Below, in pieces: positions 26,379 through 28,583 of a DNA stretch of 28,583 nt; the first letter of the stretch is position 1; each line of letters begins with the position of its first letter. The translations under genes and the position numbers were made by a program. Location of the stretch: NCBI GenBank assembly GCA_041736305.1, contig JBGSTX010000020.1, forward strand, positions 1 to 28,583, written 5' to 3'. The notes below the pieces were generated by a model. The model saw nothing but the letters and a program-made list of their open reading frames with translations, had not been told where the DNA came from and made no database searches. The DNA is from Oligoflexus sp. (GTDB lineage: Bacteria > Bdellovibrionota_B > Oligoflexia > Oligoflexales > Oligoflexaceae).

Positions 26379-28583
26379 TTAAAATCTTTGTGTCACTTTC
26401 GCAAAATACGTGCGCCCCGTAAAGGAGTAGAGGCTTAAATTAACATCTTCCGCTCCAATCGGATTGCCTGAAGGGTCTTTGCCGCCCTGCGTATCGAGCA
26501 GATTGTTAATACCTACCAAAAGAGTGCCATTCCAGGGAAGATTGACCGAATAGGTAGCATCGTATTCCGTATACTCCTCAACATCCACATATTTCTGGCC
26601 AGGTCGGATGTCGTTCGGATCATGCTGCTGCTTTGCTACAGTCCGTGAACTGAGAGTAGCTGACTGATCGCCAGCAAAGCCAAAACTAAAGGAATTTGAT
26701 AGATTCCAGATCGGAAGACCTTTGTAACCTTTGATCTGACGCAGGGGAGCATCTTTGAAATCCTTCACCTTGTAGGAAAGGTAACGAAAATAATTGCCTT
26801 CATAGCCAAGGGAAACGTCGCTTAACTTATAGTTATAGATCAAACGTGTTTCGAGAGCATTGAGCTGCAGTTTACCTAGATTCTGAACGGGCTGACGCAG
26901 GCTGCTCACGATACCTTCAGCGTCGCTGATGACCTCGTTGCCACCGACACTTGCGCCACTGTAAAAGCGATCGACTACATCCTGTGTATCGTCGGTATTG
27001 TGGGTACCGGTGATTGTGACTGCGTGGTAATCGCTGCTAATCGAAAGATCAGGGAGGGGATCGATTACAAAGCCGAGACTGAAGCTCTTGCCTTCCTCTT
27101 CTTTGATGTCCGGATTTCCGGGCCGATCGCGGTAGATCTGGCGCCCGGTACCCTCTTCGCAGACATTCCCTCTCGCTCGTTCGCGGGCACACCATGTTTC
27201 ATCGACTACCTCAACATAGCCCCCTCCACCTTCAGAATGGATGTAACTCAGCAAAGGAGCTTTGAAGGACGTCGTATAGTTGCCCCGGAGCAGCAAGGGC
27301 TCGGCGACTTTGAACTTTCCACCCAGGCTGTAATTGGTCGTGCTACCGAAATCAGAATAGTTGTCGAAGCGAATCGCTGCATCGATCTCAGCTCCCTTCG
27401 CAAGAGGGAGGACGAGTTCACTGTAAAGACTGGTAACTGTTCGATCACCTTTGCCACTGACAGCCGCCGTACCTTCGTAAAGCGGTTCAATCGCACCATT
27501 TGGATCGGTATAGAACAGCTGATCTCGCGCATCAGGGGTTTGTTTATACGCGAGAGTGCTGGCGTTAAAGCCAAGCAGGCCCTGGACTTTCCCAGCGGGT
27601 AGATCGAATAGACTCTTGCCTATGCTGACATCGAAATCTGCGCTGGTGGTTTTTTCCTTAGATTTAAGGTCATCATAGATGCCACCGAGAAGTGCGTTGT
27701 TGCGGTTTGGATCGAACGGAATATAGGCAGGATCGATTGGATTCGTTCTATTGTGGAAGAGCTTAATTTGCTCCTCCTTGTTCAAGACATTGTTAAAGCT
27801 GCGCTTATTTTGCGAAGCAAAATAAGAAAAAGCCGAGCGCACATCGAAATCGTTCCACTCTGAGTCGAGGGCAACCGTCGCTCCTAAAACACTATCTTCG
27901 TTGTCACCTTCACGATCTTCCATGTCCCGCGCATTGGCGAAAATCTCGACGTTCTGATTAGCTTGAACGTTTGGAATACCAAGCTCAGCCGCTCGCGCGG
28001 GAGAAACTAGGATCCCGCGCCCCCCTGGAATAGGATCGTCTACCGTGCTGAGGTAGTTGCCCATGGCCAAGTGGCTACTCTTTATGTCGTAGAGCCCGAG
28101 AGCGCTCACAGTCGTCTTGTCTGAGACTTCATGTTCGACCCGACCGACCAGGAACATTTCCTGGGAACTTGGAAAAGTCCAATTGGGAAGATCTTTTCGC
28201 AGACCTGCACAATATACATCATTAGGGTTTGATGGAACCGTCGCGACGCGATTTTCCGTCGGACAGTTGGGACTAGGCGTCCAGCTGCCATTAACAGGAG
28301 TTCCATTCAGATCATTGACCGTACGATAGCTAAATTGGCCGGGAGGTGGATTAGAGGCGGTATAAGCGCGATCGTCGGTAGACGCTTTCACTTTTCGGTT
28401 ATTCCGAAGGACCTCATTCGTCTTCCGATAGCCAAAAAAAGCAAGTCCACGGGTTGACTCACCGATGTTACCGCCGCCCAAGGCACCAGCTTCGAGGACT
28501 TCTCCTCCACCGTGTTGAGGTACCGAGATTTTGAAAGTACCTTCAACACCGTCAAAATCTTTTTTGGTGATGATGTTCACCAC
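26379..28583 (-). CDS. TonB-dependent receptor (5' part outside window)
   Basis: Plug end VVNIITKK, AIRFDNYSDFG, SFKAP, GNPDIKEE, GINNLLD, GRTYFAKVTQRF with terminal Phe. Confidence 0.95.
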   Translation of the reverse strand: MVNIITKKDFDGVEGTFKISVPQHGGGEVLEAGALGGGNIGESTRGLAFFGYRKTNEVLRNNRKVKASTDDRAYTASNPPPGQFSYRTVNDLNGTPVNGSWTPSPNCPTENRVATVPSNPNDVYCAGLRKDLPNWTFPSSQEMFLVGRVEHEVSDKTTVSALGLYDIKSSHLAMGNYLSTVDDPIPGGRGILVSPARAAELGIPNVQANQNVEIFANARDMEDREGDNEDSVLGATVALDSEWNDFDVRSAFSYFASQNKRSFNNVLNKEEQIKLFHNRTNPIDPAYIPFDPNRNNALLGGIYDDLKSKEKTTSADFDVSIGKSLFDLPAGKVQGLLGFNASTLAYKQTPDARDQLFYTDPNGAIEPLYEGTAAVSGKGDRTVTSLYSELVLPLAKGAEIDAAIRFDNYSDFGSTTNYSLGGKFKVAEPLLLRGNYTTSFKAPLLSYIHSEGGGGYVEVVDETWCARERARGNVCEEGTGRQIYRDRPGNPDIKEEEGKSFSLGFVIDPLPDLSISSDYHAVTITGTHNTDDTQDVVDRFYSGASVGGNEVISDAEGIVSSLRQPVQNLGKLQLNALETRLIYNYKLSDVSLGYEGNYFRYLSYKVKDFKDAPLRQIKGYKGLPIWNLSNSFSFGFAGDQSATLSSRTVAKQQHDPNDIRPGQKYVDVEEYTEYDATYSVNLPWNGTLLVGINNLLDTQGGKDPSGNPIGAEDVNLSLYSFTGRTYFAKVTQRF

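Overview
Bacterial chromosomal window, probably Bdellovibrionota/Oligoflexia (inferred from gene content only). The left ~4.3 kb is a nested mobile element. An IS607-family IS (tnpA serine recombinase plus a large tnpB) carries a complete RmInt1-like class D group II intron (142-2013, minus strand) inserted near the 3' end of tnpB. The intron boundaries can be fixed from the sequence: a GTGCG 5' end, a 7/7 EBS1-IBS1 match, domains V/VI, and splicing restores the tnpB frame. The rest looks chromosomal: metallophosphoesterase, cytochrome c lipoprotein, a hybrid sensor with a degenerate kinase core, a lipoprotein/zincin/beta-barrel operon behind a sigma28-like box, a 209-bp inverted-repeat-bounded structured element upstream of a PilT-family ATPase, glpD, a PilZ protein, a secreted metalloprotease, recA followed by a resolvase-like protein without its catalytic motif, an EI24/CysZ-like protein, a four-helix-bundle gene inside inverted repeats and a degenerate direct duplication, DUF4862, a Kazal-like lipoprotein and a partial TonB-dependent receptor. 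No tRNA, rRNA or CRISPR array was recognised.
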